DNA of 62,767 nt, filler included, from Chiloscyllium plagiosum (lineage: Eukaryota), in the NCBI RefSeq assembly GCF_004010195.1. It is 3 parts of 2 records of this genome, joined end to end, with 100 filler letters (N's around TTAATTAATTAA, not from the genome) between each part and the next. Parts side by side here need not be neighbours in the genome. Positions count along the whole stretch, not along the records: positions 28,662 to 47,960 come from NC_057716.1; positions 48,061 to 62,767 come from NC_057717.1; 1 more part is not named here. One strand, 5' to 3'. The notes below the pieces were generated by a model that had not been told where the DNA came from, searched no databases, and was given only the letters and a program-made list of their open reading frames with translations. Of the stretch, positions 39,566 through 50,898 are shown in pieces. Within the stretch, counting starts at the first letter, position 1; every line of letters starts with the position of its first letter. The translations under genes and the position numbers were made by a program.

Positions 39566-39728
39566 GCAAAAGTGAGGACTGCAGATGATGGCAACCAGAG
39601 TTTAGATTAGAGTGATGCTGGAAAAGCACAGCAGGTCAGGCAGCATCCAAGGAGCAGGAAAACCGACGTTTCAGGCAAAAGCCCTTCCTCAGGAATTCCT
39701 GAAGGGCTTTTGCCCGAAATGTCTAATC
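39566..39728 (-). mobile_element. Short Penelope-derived terminal fragment with fold-back
   Basis: Same terminal sequence as the long PLEs (aaagtgaggactgcagatg..gctggaaaagcacagcaggtcaggcagcatcc); 16-bp duplication catattcttatgctgg at 39550-39565 and 39729-39744. Confidence 0.85.
39665..39692 (-). ncRNA. Minimal type I hammerhead ribozyme core (PLE-associated), apparently intact
   Basis: Minus strand reads CUGAGGA-A-GGGC-UUUU-GCCU-GAAA-CGUC: conserved CUGANGA and GAAA boxes, 4-bp stem II, palindromic ACGU stem III, GUC cleavage triplet. Confidence 0.7.
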
Positions 39729-41485
39729 CATATTCTTATGCTGGACAAGTCCATATAATCATGAAGAAGAATCTGTTTACATGCACAAAACCCTGAGGGA
39801 TAGGCCTCCAGTTCCTGCTCCTAATTTCTCCAGAATTTACTTCAATCCTGTTTCATGTGAATATCTGGTTCCATTTTGCAGTTATTGTTGAAGTCTTTTT
39901 TTCTTTCAAAGCTTAGACGATACTGCATTTGTGCAGCCATCATTCTTCATCTCTTCCCAACTTGGTAAAGCCTCCACACCATTCCCAAACATTTTAATGG
40001 GCAGTGTGCGGAACTGGTTAGCTTATACTCATAATGCCCACTTTTTCCTTCCCAGAAAGGCAATCTCATTTGCACTAGATGGACTCTGGCAAACAACTGC
40101 CATTGAAGCTGTTAAATACTGACAGGCCTGTTAAAGACATCAATTTTCAATTCCCATTTCCAATGTTCCCTCCGGGCTGCTGCTACTCTGACTAGATCCT
40201 TTTCTTGGCATATTACATCATCGACCCCAGATCGAAGCCACATCCTGAAATCAGGCCAGCTCAGGAGAAGCCATGTTCTGCTTAAACCAGTCATCCTGGG
40301 TATCCTGGAGTTTCTAGCAGCTTGCTCACTGCCTCCTGCTCTGGCTGACATGAAATACCTCTCATGATCAGCCGACTGCAGATCAACCTTGAATAAGCTT
40401 GCACGTACAACCAGGGTGCATTACACTAATATATACCAGAGGACATGATATTATAACACACAATGTACAAAATAAAAATACACTTTGGTAATGCTTGCGT
40501 CAGAGCCACAGAACAGTATTTCTACTGCCGCTATCAGTTTTTTTATTTTAAGTTGCACCTACAGCAGCAATACATTCAAGCATTCTCTTAACTGACTCAA
40601 CACATCAATCTATACTAGATCTGCGGCCTCATTACTCAGTGCAGTTGGAAACAAAAGGATACGGTGGGAAGGACAAGCAACAATGTGTGCTTGGTTCCCA
40701 GTAAATGTGCTGACCAGTGGCACTGGCTGCAAATCTCTGAAATGATAAAAACATGAGCAATTTACAAGTGTTCTCTATAGGCTTTTTGAGGCTTGGCATC
40801 TTGTGAGCTTTGAGTCTTGAGCATTCCCATGTTTCTGGACTGTCAGACCTGTAATTGTCTGCTTCTTCATAAAATTCATTTATGTTTGTCAAGAAAAATG
40901 TGTCTTTTACTGACTTATGCTGCTATCTCCTTAATTACCTTAAACCAGTGTCTGTGGGTTGTTTTATCATTTTGTTAACCTTATCACTGTTGGTGCTAAC
41001 CTAGCTGACAGAAGCTATCAGCTTTCTCCTTAAATTGTCTCTTGAACAAAGGTGTCACTAGCCAATCCTCTGGCTCCTCCACCATATCTCGGGAAGATTA
41101 AAGCCTTCAACTATCTCCACCCCTACTTCCTTTAACAACCTGAGATGCAAACTAGGTGATTCATCCACTCTTAGCCCTGCTAATATTTCCATGCATCTTG
41201 CCTATCGATTTACTACTACCACCACTCCATCTGCTCCACTGATATTTTGTTGCTATCCATTTGTTATGTAAACATCAATATTATTATATGTTACTTATTA
41301 TATGTTATAATATGAATACTTATTATATGTTTTAACCTTGTCCCTGCTCCTCTAAATCATATATCACTCTCCTTCTCTCAAATAGGGCCCACTACAACTT
41401 AATACATGCTTAGATTTTGGGGTTTGTTATTGTTAAACTCATTCCCTCTTTGCTCGTCTCATTTTTCTTAAGTCCCCCTCTCAAG

Positions 41486-41612
41486 ATTAGATTAGATTAC
41501 TTACAGTGTGGAAACAGGCCCTTCGGCCCAACAAGTCCACACCGACCCGCCGAAGCGCAACCCACCCATACTCCTACATTTACCCCTTTTTTTAACCTAA
41601 CATTATAGGCAA
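41486..41612 (-). mobile_element. Young HE1-like SINE 3' fragment with (CTAAT)n tail; similar to 50743-50898 (+)
   Basis: attagattagattagattacttacagtgtggaaacaggcccttcggccc; CpGs retained. Confidence 0.8.
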
Positions 41613-42854
41613 CTAAGTGTATTTCACTTGATTCTCACTCCAGAATTCATCTAACAGGCAACATATACCATTTTCTCATTTCATATGATCTAGTTGCCTA
41701 ATCATACAGGAAAGCCTGATGCTAGTTCCCTCACCATTCACCCTTGTTGGACTGCACTGAGCCTGTACCTGAAACATTTCTGCCTTAGAGAGTAATAATT
41801 CTTTAGTTGTGCCTTAATGTAATATCTTTCAAAGGGTTAGACCTTAATTGTTCCCTACAATTCTCTGGTTTGACTGTACCCTGGCCCTGAACTCTCATCC
41901 CACTTAAATTAGCTGTTTTATAATTGAGATATTCTTCTTTTGGTTGTTCTTGCCTCTTCTCAGTCACTAATCTCAACCTTCGAACTATAAGCACTCTTAC
42001 CCAAGTGCCCCCTCAAAGAATTGACCCATCTGACACACTTAATTCCCCAGTACAAGATTGAGCAATGCCCTCTTTTAGTTGCACCAGAAATCTAAAACCA
42101 TGACAGGTATACGTAGAGTTAATGCTAGAATAGGGGATCTCAAGACTAGGGGATCTCAAGACTAGGGACCATATTTTCAAAGGTGAGAGGAGAAAGATTT
42201 TCAAAAATGGACAAAAGGACTTTTTTTTTAAAACAGAAAAAACATTTGAAAAGACAGAAAAGTTCACGAATAGGAAAGGCTTGAGGTATATTTGCCAGGC
42301 GCAGGCAGGTGGGGCTGGTTTAGTTTGGGATTGTGTTCGGCATGGACTGGTTGGACTGAAGGGTCTGTTTCCGTGCCCTATGACTCTATAATTCTGCCTC
42401 TGTATACATCTTATCGGGCTGACTGTATCTCCTTCCTTCACCAGGGCTGTTCCAACCTCCACTTAGTATAGCTTTATTTGGTTTAGACCTTTGCTGAGCA
42501 CGCGGGTGAAACTCCCCTCACACCCCTCCCCCAACTCCATACAAGGGCAACAAAGAGCAGAAGTTGCTGGAGAAGCCTCAGCAATTCTGGTCAGCACCTG
42601 CGGATGGAAAATCAGGGTTTAACGTTTCTGATTCTTCCTGAGAACTGGGGGACGGTGGACTGAGGCACAACCTGTCCCTCGCCCCAGAGCTAGTGCCAAT
42701 GTGCACCAGGACCCCAGACACACAAGGGAGTCTCAATATCTTCCTATTCCCACACTTAGCAGCTATGGCACGGGGATTAATAATGTGTGTCAGTCCCTAA
42801 CTACCTACCTACCTGGGGGCCTTATAGCCTCTTGAGTGCCCGGATGTAGACCTG

Positions 42855-42953
42855 CCCCTCCCCCCCGGGGTCTGCTGGGGAGGCCCCTCCGCCCCGGGGT
42901 CTGCTGGGGAGGCCCCTCCCCCCCGGGGTCTGCTGGGGAGGCCCCTCCCCCCG
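42855..42953. repeat. 29-bp GC-rich tandem repeat, ~3.3 copies (cccctcccccccggggtctgctggggagg)
   Basis: Near-identical direct repeats read from the sequence. Confidence 0.9.
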
Positions 42954-43034
42954 GCCTCCCGTGTGAACCTGCGGCCCAGTCTATCCTGGCCATTCCCCAC
43001 CGTCACCAACTCTCCACCTCCCCCGGTCTCTCAC

Positions 43035-43140
43035 CCGCTCGAGCCCCCCCAAACCGGCGACAGCCTCCACGATCCAGCGCCGAGTCGGGATCCGGGTCAG
43101 ACCGCAAGAATCGACGGCAGAACCAACCACCCAGACCGTG
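43035..43140 (-). other. AKAP11: Probable non-coding first exon of the AKAP11(-like) gene (5' end approximate)
   Basis: CpG-rich unique sequence directly downstream of the CCAAT array on the minus strand, ending at donor CGG|gtgaga (43034). An alternative strong donor CAG|gtaggt lies at 42812. The TSS cannot be determined from sequence. Confidence 0.5.
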
Positions 43141-43148
43141 ATTGAGGG

Positions 43149-43420
43149 AGGTCAGAGGTCACGGGCCAATAGGATTGGCCAATCGGAGACAGGCCGTTTC
43201 CCCGACCGGGGGGGGGGGCGAGCGTGCGACGGCATTAGCCAATCAGGGTTAGGCCACCATTGACCAATCGGAGCGAGGAATCGTTGGCCAATCAGAGCGA
43301 AGTAGAACTAACCAATCAGAACGAGGGGGCGTGGAGCAGAGCTCAATCATATTGATCAATCAGAGCGAAGCCATATTGACCAATCGGAGCAAGGGTATAA
43401 TGTCCAATCAGAGTGAAGCA
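43149..43420. promoter_or_regulatory. CpG-island promoter with CCAAT-box (NF-Y) array, GC box and DR1 element
   Basis: CCAAT at 43166, 43179, 43239, 43264, 43288, 43312, 43380, 43404; ATTGG at 43174; TCAAT at 43356; GGGGGCGTGG at 43325; AGGTCAgAGGTCA at 43149-43161. This is the most CpG-dense non-TE block of the window (~42830-43440) and lies upstream of the AKAP11 ATG exon. Confidence 0.8.
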
Positions 43421-44219
43421 TCGTTGCTCGGTGTCAGGTGTGCAGGACCATGTACCAAAAGCAGACAATATGGAGAGGCTCAGCAGCTCTGGGCGGATAC
43501 CAGGGTTAACGTTTCAGGTCCGGTAACCCTTCCTCTCAGAGCCGAGTATGGATGTTAAGCTGTCAGTTCCCCTCTGGATGCAATGTGAGTAAACCACTAG
43601 AAAGAGAAGAGGCGAGCCCACAGTACTCTGAAGTGGTAAGAGGCTGAAATTAACATCAATGTAATGTTAGCTAAAGGAAAAGGAATAGTAAAAGATGGAT
43701 GTTGGTGACCATGTCCTTCATTAGGAGGGCAATTGCTGGTCTTCTGGTACCACCCCCCATTTCCCTTCAGAATGTCTGCTCACTTCTGAACAAGGCTAAT
43801 TGTGGATGAGTGGATGGCCACTAGTGGCTCTGATCAAAACCTCCAGTCTGGGATAATGACACCTTTTCACAGCTGAAACCTCCCTATCTGGCGATTTCTT
43901 TCATCTTTTTGCCTTATCAGGACTGTTGTAGTTTCTTCCTTCAGTCTGTTCAATCCTTATTCAAGACTTCTTATCCTCAGTGATTTTAATCACCATTTTG
44001 CCATATTCTATCTTTGACTTAACTGGCCACTTGTCCTCACTATGTTTTTTTTCATGAAGGCCCCCTTCAAGTTAAAATTACAGCCATGCCCCACCCTTTG
44101 CCATTCTGCCATCCCCACCTTGCTTTCTCAGATGGCCTGGAGATTATCACAGTACTCATCACTTCCTTGTATCCCTCACCATCCACATAGCCCTTCCCTG
44201 TCTAAACTTAGTTTCTTTC

Positions 44220-44505
44220 TGAAACAAAAGTAGAAATTGCTGGAAAGTCTCAGCAGGTTTGGCAGTATCTGCGGAGCTGAAAATGTGTTGCTGGAAAAGC
44301 GCAGCAGGTCAGGCAGCATCCAGGGAACAGGAGAATCGACGCTTCGGGCATAAGCCCTTCTTCAGTATCTGTGGAGAGAAATTAATGATATTTCAGATCC
44401 AGTGACCCTTCTGAACATTTCACTAGACTTGAAATGTTAACTCTGATTTCTCTCCATGGATGCTGCCAGACCTGCTGAGATTTTCCAGCAATTCCTGTTT
44501 TTATT
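44220..44505. mobile_element. Fold-back PLE-type element (family 4) with a nested family-1 fragment at 44277-44362
   Basis: Arms aaattgctggaaagtctcagcaggtttggcag / ctgccagacctgctgagattttccagcaatt; nested piece flanked by cagtatctg(c/t)ggag at 44263-44276 and 44363-44376. Confidence 0.75.
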
Positions 44506-45084
44506 TTAGCATTTGCAGGTCTTTTGGTTTTCACTTTCTTTCTATGACTGCCTCCAAGGAAAAAATCTCCCAAAGTTTATTTACAACCCACTGTCTTGCC
44601 TTTAACTCTCTGTTCACTATAACACTTCTGCAGCCATGATCTGCTCAACTACACCCTCATGGCTACCTTCAATGCCCATTAAAGCCATAATTTTCTCACA
44701 TAGCCTATTGCCCCTACCACCACCCTCTTTTAGGTCAAAGGGCAAAGTTAACTGGTTTATTCATTCATTTGGCTGCACCATACACAATGCTTATATGGTC
44801 TTGCAGTCAGCTCCCTTCAGACAAGAGGCAATTATATAGCGGCCTTAGGGGTATGGCTCACTGTCAAACAGATACTTAGATTCGGAGATTGGTGGGAGTA
44901 ACTGTGCTCTAAAGCAGTAGTCAGATCGCTGGGACCAATGGCCAATTATCCTTACAGGGAGTGGGGAAAAGAAAAATGGAAAATGTGCAATTATAGGAGA
45001 TTCCACAAACAGTGACAGATGGGATTTTGATAACTATCATTTTGAGTCCCATATTCGTGCCCTTTTGTTCAGTATGGCGAATAT

Positions 45085-45770
45085 TAGAGCCATACAGCAT
45101 AGAAAAGACCCTTCGTTCCATTGAGTCTGCACAGACAATAACTACCACTTGGGTGTGCTAATCCCAATTTCCTACACTTGTCCCATATGTTTGAATGTTA
45201 TGATAATTCAAGTGCTCATACAAATATTCTTTAAAGGTTGCAAGGTTTCTGGCCTCCACTACCTTCCCAGGAAGTGCACTTGAGATTCCCATCAACCGCT
45301 GAGTGAAAAGGTTTTTTCTCAAATCCACTTTCCTACCCCTTACCCTAAAACTACGTCCCCTTGTGATGGGCCCTTCAACCAAGGGGAACAGCTGCTCCCT
45401 GCTCCACTAATCCGTACCCCTCAATCTTATGCACCTCAGCCTTCTCTGCTCCAGAGAAAACACTCCCATAACCTTCTTCACTACTGACCATCCTACCAAT
45501 CTTTGTGTTGTCTGAAACCTTGCTTAACATTCCCCTGTTTCCATCTACATCATTTATGTTGATAACAAACAATAAAGGTCCCAATACTTGTAGTACTTGC
45601 TGGACACCAGACTCCAGTCATTCAGACAGCCTTCGACCACTGCACTTTGTGTCAGATCACTAAGCCAGTTTCTGATCCATCTTGAATGTTTCCCTGAATT
45701 GAATGTGCTTTAACCTTCTCAGTCAGTCTCCCATGTGGGACCTGGTCTAAAAGCTTTGCTAAAATCCATG
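45085..45770 (-). mobile_element. Decayed CR1 LINE fragments
   Basis: GPLLFVININD, KVSDNTKIG, FTQRL, TFKEYL on the minus strand. Confidence 0.8.
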
Positions 45771-46448
45771 TGGGTTTGGAAGGTGCTGTCTCTGCAATGC
45801 TTATTGTAGATAATACACACAGCTGCTATTGAGCATCAGTGGTGGAGGGAGTGAATGCTTTTGGATGTGGAGCCAGTGAAATGGGCTGCTTTGTCATAGA
45901 TGGTGTCGAGCTTCTTGAGTATTGTTGGAGCCACATCGTCCAGGCAAGTGGGGAGTGTTCCGTCACACTCCTGACTTGATCTTTGCAGATAGAGAACAGG
46001 CGGGGACTGAGGAGGTGTGCTACTTGCAAACCTCTGACCTGCTCTTGTAGCCACTGTATTTGTATAGAGAGTCCTGTTGAGTTTCTGGTCAATAGTGACT
46101 CCCACGATGATGATAGTAGGGATGGTAACACTGTCAGGGAGTGGTGGTTAGATTGTCTCTCATTGGAGATGCTCATCTCCTAATATCGTGTGGCATGTAT
46201 GCTACTTCCAATTTGTCAGCTGACGCCTGGGTATTATCTAGATCTTGTTGGATTTGAGCACAACTGCTTCAGTATTTGAGGAGTTACGTGTTTTATTGAG
46301 ATCTGTCTCTAGGTTAAGCATTTTTAAAAATATAAAACGCAGGTACCATGTTATCCTGGAACAGAGTTTTTAGAGCAGTAAGACTGCTATTTTCTGGGTC
46401 TGTAGATTAAGGTGCAAGGATGGCCTTTATTAGGTGATGTGCTCTTCT

Positions 46449-46590
46449 AGGAGACAGTGAGGACTGCAGATGCTTCGACTGCAGAGTCGAAGAGTACGGT
46501 CAGGCAGCATCTGAGGAGCAGGAGAGTCGACTTTTTTTTATGCCTGAAACGTCGATTCTCCTGCTTGCATGCTGCCTGACCAGCTGTGTT
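46449..46590. mobile_element. Short fold-back Penelope-derived element inserted in a CR1 5' region
   Basis: PLE terminus in both orientations; tgtgctcttct / tgtgttcttct flanks. Confidence 0.75.
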
Positions 46591-46879
46591 CTTCTGTCAG
46601 ATATGGAAGATTAGGGAGAATTTCGGTGTTACTGATTATGTCTGCTTATTGGGGCTGGAAGCTTCTGGGCAAGCTGTTTGTACACAGGCTGTCTCTCCCC
46701 TCAGGTCAAATCAGGGCTAACAGTTATACAGACTCTGTGCCCCATTATCTCCCCTCAAATCTGTGTTGTCCATTGTATTTCCTTCTGAAGTCCATGGGCC
46801 TCCTGAGAGATAAGAGAATGTGTAAATGGATCTTGATTGAAGTTGAATGTTTAGTATCTGTGTAGGCTGTGTTGGGTAG

Positions 46880-47960
46880 CCATGTGTTTACTATAGACCC
46901 CCCAATAGCAGCAGAGATGTGGAGAAACGGATTGGGAAACAGATTTTGGAAAGGTGCAGAAGCCACAGGGTAGTAGTCATGGGCGATTTCAACTTCCCAA
47001 ATATTGATTGGAAGCTCTTTAGATCAAGTAGATTGGATGGGGCGGTGTTTGTGCAGTGTGTCCAGGAAGCTTTTCTAACGCAGTATGTAGATAGTCCAAC
47101 CAGAGGGGAGGCCATATTGGATTTGGTACTCGGTAATGAACCGGGACAAGTGGTGGGCGTGTTAGTGGGTGAACATTTTGGTGATGGTGACCACAATTCT
47201 GTGACTTTCACCTGGGTTATGGAGAGAGATAGGTGCGCACAACAAGGTAGATTTTATAATTGGGGGAAGGGAAATTACGATGCTGTAAGGCAGGATTTGA
47301 GGAGCATACGTTGGGAGCATAGGCTGTCAGGGAAGAATGTGGTGGAAATGTGGAACTTTTTCAAAGAGCAGATACGACGTGTCCATGATATGCATGTACC
47401 TATCAGGCAGGAAAGAAATGGTCGTGTGAGGGAGCCTTGGTTGACGAGAGAGGTTGAATGTCTGGTAAAGAGGAAGAAGGAGGCATACATAAGGTTGAGG
47501 AAACAGGATTCAGACAGAGCAGTGGAGGGATACAGGATAGCCAGAAGGGACCTGAAGAAAGGGATTAGGAGAGCTAAGAGAGGGCATGAAAAATCGTTGG
47601 CGGATAGGAACAAGGATAACCCCAAGGCATTTTATGCGTATATGAGAAACCTGAGAATGACGAGAACGAGGGTAGGTCCGAACAATGACAGTAGTGGGAG
47701 ACTGTGTATTGAGTCGGAAGAGATAGGAGAGGTCTTGAACAAGTACTTCTCTTCAGTATTTACGAACGAGAGGGACCGTATTGGAGAAGAGGAGAGTGTG
47801 AAATGGACTGGCAAGCTAGAAGAGATACCTGTTAGGAAGGAAGATGTGTTGGACATCTTGAACAACTTGAGGATAGACAAGTCCCCCGGGCCTGACGGGA
47901 TATATCCTAGGATTATGTGGGAAGCAAGAGAGGAAATTGCAGAACCGTTGGCAATGATCT
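46880..47960 (+). mobile_element. Young CR1 LINE ORF2 fragment (APE endonuclease C-terminus to pre-RT), uninterrupted up to the gap
   Basis: VVMGDFNFPNIDW, PTRGEAILDLVL, GDGDHNSV, LNKYFSSVFT, KSPGPDGIYPR; no stops from 46919 to 47960. Confidence 0.93.
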
Positions 47961-48060
47961 NNNNNNNNNNNNNNNNNNNNNNNNNNNNNNNNNNNNNNNN
48001 NNNNTTAATTAATTAANNNNNNNNNNNNNNNNNNNNNNNNNNNNNNNNNNNNNNNNNNNN
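47961..48060. other. Artificial 100-nt scaffold spacer N44-TTAATTAATTAA-N44
   Basis: Identical to 28562-28661. Confidence 0.95.
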
Positions 48061-48108
48061 CATGGATTCCATCTTGTTTGGAAATGCTCCATCGCTTCAG
48101 ATTAACAT

Positions 48109-49010
48109 TGTCACAATACTGCTCCTTTAACAAGGTTATGCTGTCCTGGCCTTTTTTCCTCTTAGAGAAGCCATATAAACAGCAACTACAGGGTAGCACG
48201 GTAGCTCAATGGTTAGCACTGCTGCCTCACAGCGTCAGGGACCCGGGTTTGATTCCATCCTTGGGTGACTGTGTGACATTTGCACATTCTCAACGTGTCT
48301 GCATGGGTTTAATCTGGGTGCTCTGGTTTCCTCCCACAACTCAAAGATGTACAGGTTAGGTGAATTGGCCATGCTAAATTGCCCGTAGCGTTCAGGAATG
48401 TGTAGGTTAGATGCAGTAGTGTGTGGAAATGTAGGGGAATGGGTTTGGGTGAGATCCTGTTTGGAGTGTCGGTATGGATGTGTTGGGCCAAATGGCCTGT
48501 TTCCACACTGTACAATTCTAATTTGAAAGTTCTGGCTTGGATGGGCTTTAATTATAACTAACACATGCTGCCTCAGGCAAAAGGCTTTCAAGTTTAAAAC
48601 AAAACTCTCGTACAATGAAAGGGGAATGGCCAGTTCTTCAAGCTCGGCTTTTCTATTGCTTGGTTTCAGCAAGCAGAATTGTGAAGTTGCTGGACTCAAA
48701 TAAGCAGGTCCTCCCTCTCTCTGACATCATTTTTGTAAGAACCAGTGTTTGTTTTTTCCTTTTATGCCAAAGTGTGTTCATGGGAATTGTTGCAATTATT
48801 TGGAACAGCATCATTAATTTGGGATAATCGGTTGGGTTTTCAGACAGGTTAAATTATTCTGTATTCTCTTCTCTCTTGTTTGTGTTTTATTTAGTAATCC
48901 TGCAAATAAATTCTGTCTCGTTTAAGAATATCCCCTCTACATCTGTTTAAAACAACAAGCAAAGTTAGAGTTCGGGATACTTTCTTGAATGTTTTGAGGG
49001 GTCCATAACA
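48109..49010 (+). repeat. 5' LTR of the Gypsy element (interrupted by a SINE at 48191-48517)
   Basis: Starts TGTCAC and ends ATAACA; aligns to 54550-55180 (tgctcctttaacaa, ctgcctcaggcaaaaggc, tgcaaataaattctgt). Confidence 0.85.
48191..48517 (+). mobile_element. HE1-like SINE inserted in the 5' LTR
   Basis: Full head-core-tail; absent from the 3' LTR. Confidence 0.88.
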
Positions 49011-49912
49011 GGGGTCCATGCAGGATTTGTTCTATTGTTCCAAATTAAGATTAGGGTTGCTGGACTCGAAAGCAGCGAGTGGTAGGTGCTAGTATCTTTT
49101 GATCTGGATGTTGAATTCGGTTCGTTTAAACAGTGGTTGGGATAGCAATGACTCTTTCAGTCACTAAGAGTTTTATGGGGGTGGAAGAAGTGATTTTGAG
49201 GGCCTTGGAAAAGCTGAATAAGGAAAAGCTGCTGGAATTAGCAGACAAGCTGGGGTTGCAACTGCCTCCTTCTGTGAGAATGAGAGAGATAATTACAACA
49301 ATAGCCCAACATTTAAATTTGCTGGGAACGCCATCAGAATCTTTAGAGATGACAAAAGTACAATTGAAAATGAAGCAGCTTGAGTTAGTGGCAAAAGACA
49401 AGGAAAGGGCAACAGAAATGAAACGGTTTGAATTATGATTAAGAACAGAATAAAGACAGGTGCAAAAAAGAGAAAAAGAGAGAGGAAAGAAAGAAAAGAA
49501 GAGAGAGGAAAGGAAGAAAAACAAAGAGTTTGAACTCCAGAGATTGGTACATAGACAGGAAAGTCACCCTAAAAGGATATAGATGAAGGCTGAAGTGAAG
49601 GTAAATGAGGGAGAGAGTGAGGATGAGCAAACCTATGGTAGCCAAATGACAGTGAGACTATATATTCAAGACTGCCTAAATTTGATGAGAAATGATTCCA
49701 TCTCATTTGGAAAGGTGGCGAAACAAATGTGGTGGCCGGTGACCATGTGGGTTTTGTTGATCCAAAAAAAACACTTGTCAGTACAGATAGTGAGTTATTC
49801 ACCTCATTATCAGAGGAGGTGAAGAAAGCTATCTTAAATGCATACGAGCTGGTGCCAGAAGCCTTCTGAAAATGTTTCAGGAAACCTAAGGAAGGACCCT
49901 GGTCAAACCTAC

Positions 49913-50186
49913 ATTAGATTAAATTACTTACAGTGTGGAAACAGGCCCTCCAGCCCAACAAGTCCACACTGACCCAGACCCATTCCCCTACACCTAACAC
50001 TACAGACAATTTAGCATGGCCAATTCACCTAACCTACACATTTTTGGATTGTGGGAGGAAACCAGAGCAAACCCACACAGACACAGGGAGAACGTGCAAA
50101 CTCCACACAGACAGTTGCCTGAGGCGGGAATTGAACCTGGGTCTACTGATGCTGTGAGGCAGCAGTGCTAACCACTGTACCACCGT
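49913..50186 (-). mobile_element. HE1-like SINE inserted in Gypsy gag
   Basis: Head-core-tail in reverse orientation. Confidence 0.85.
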
Positions 50187-50471
50187 TTGATAGGATCAAA
50201 TGAAGCAATTTTGATAGATAGATAAGGGCATTTCAAAAAGTGCAAACCTGTGACACTCTTAGAGAAACGATTATTTTGGATGGGTTCAAAAATTCACTGC
50301 CTGAAGGAGTGAGAATTCATGTGGAATAGCAAAGAGTTAAAACGGCAAGATTAGCAGCTGAAATGGCTAATGATTGTGGGTCAGTCCAGAAATCAACTTT
50401 TGGCTTCCAAAATCGGTTTCAATCCGTGAGGGATAGAAATTGGGGAAATGAGAAATCCTCACATGATCAGA

Positions 50472-50742
50472 NNNNNNNNNNNNNNNNNNNNNNNNNNNNN
50501 NNNNNNNNNNNNNNNNNNNNNNNNNNNNNNNNNNNNNNNNNNNNNNNNNNNNNNNNNNNNNNNNNNNNNNNNNNNNNNNNNNNNNNNNNNNNNNNNNNNN
50601 NNNNNNNNNNNNNNNNNNNNNNNNNNNNNNNNNNNNNNNNNNNNNNNNNNNNNNNNNNNNNNNNNNNNNNNNNNNNNNNNNNNNNNNNNNNNNNNNNNNN
50701 NNNNNNNNNNNNNNNNNNNNNNNNNNNNNNNNNNNNNNNNNN
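50472..50742. other. Assembly gap (271 N)
   Basis: Run of N. Confidence 0.98.
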
Positions 50743-50898
50743 GGTTAGGTGAATTGGCCATGCTAAATTGCCCGTAGTGTTAGGTGAAGGGGTAAATGTA
50801 GGAGTAGGGGTATGGGTGGGTTACGCTTCGGCGGGTCGGTGTGGACTTGTTGGGCCGAAGGGCCTGTTTCCACACTGTAAGTAATCTAATCTAATCTA
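50743..50898 (+). mobile_element. Young HE1-like SINE 3' half adjoining the N gap
   Basis: Core, tail and (ctaat)n. Confidence 0.85.

Noticed and set aside
42805..43558. ORFs across the CpG island and CCAAT array (e.g. NQSEA repeats)
   Set aside because: By-products of GC-rich and 24-bp repeats; no protein similarity recognised.
50363..50777. ORFs spanning N runs
   Set aside because: Artefacts of translating through the gap.
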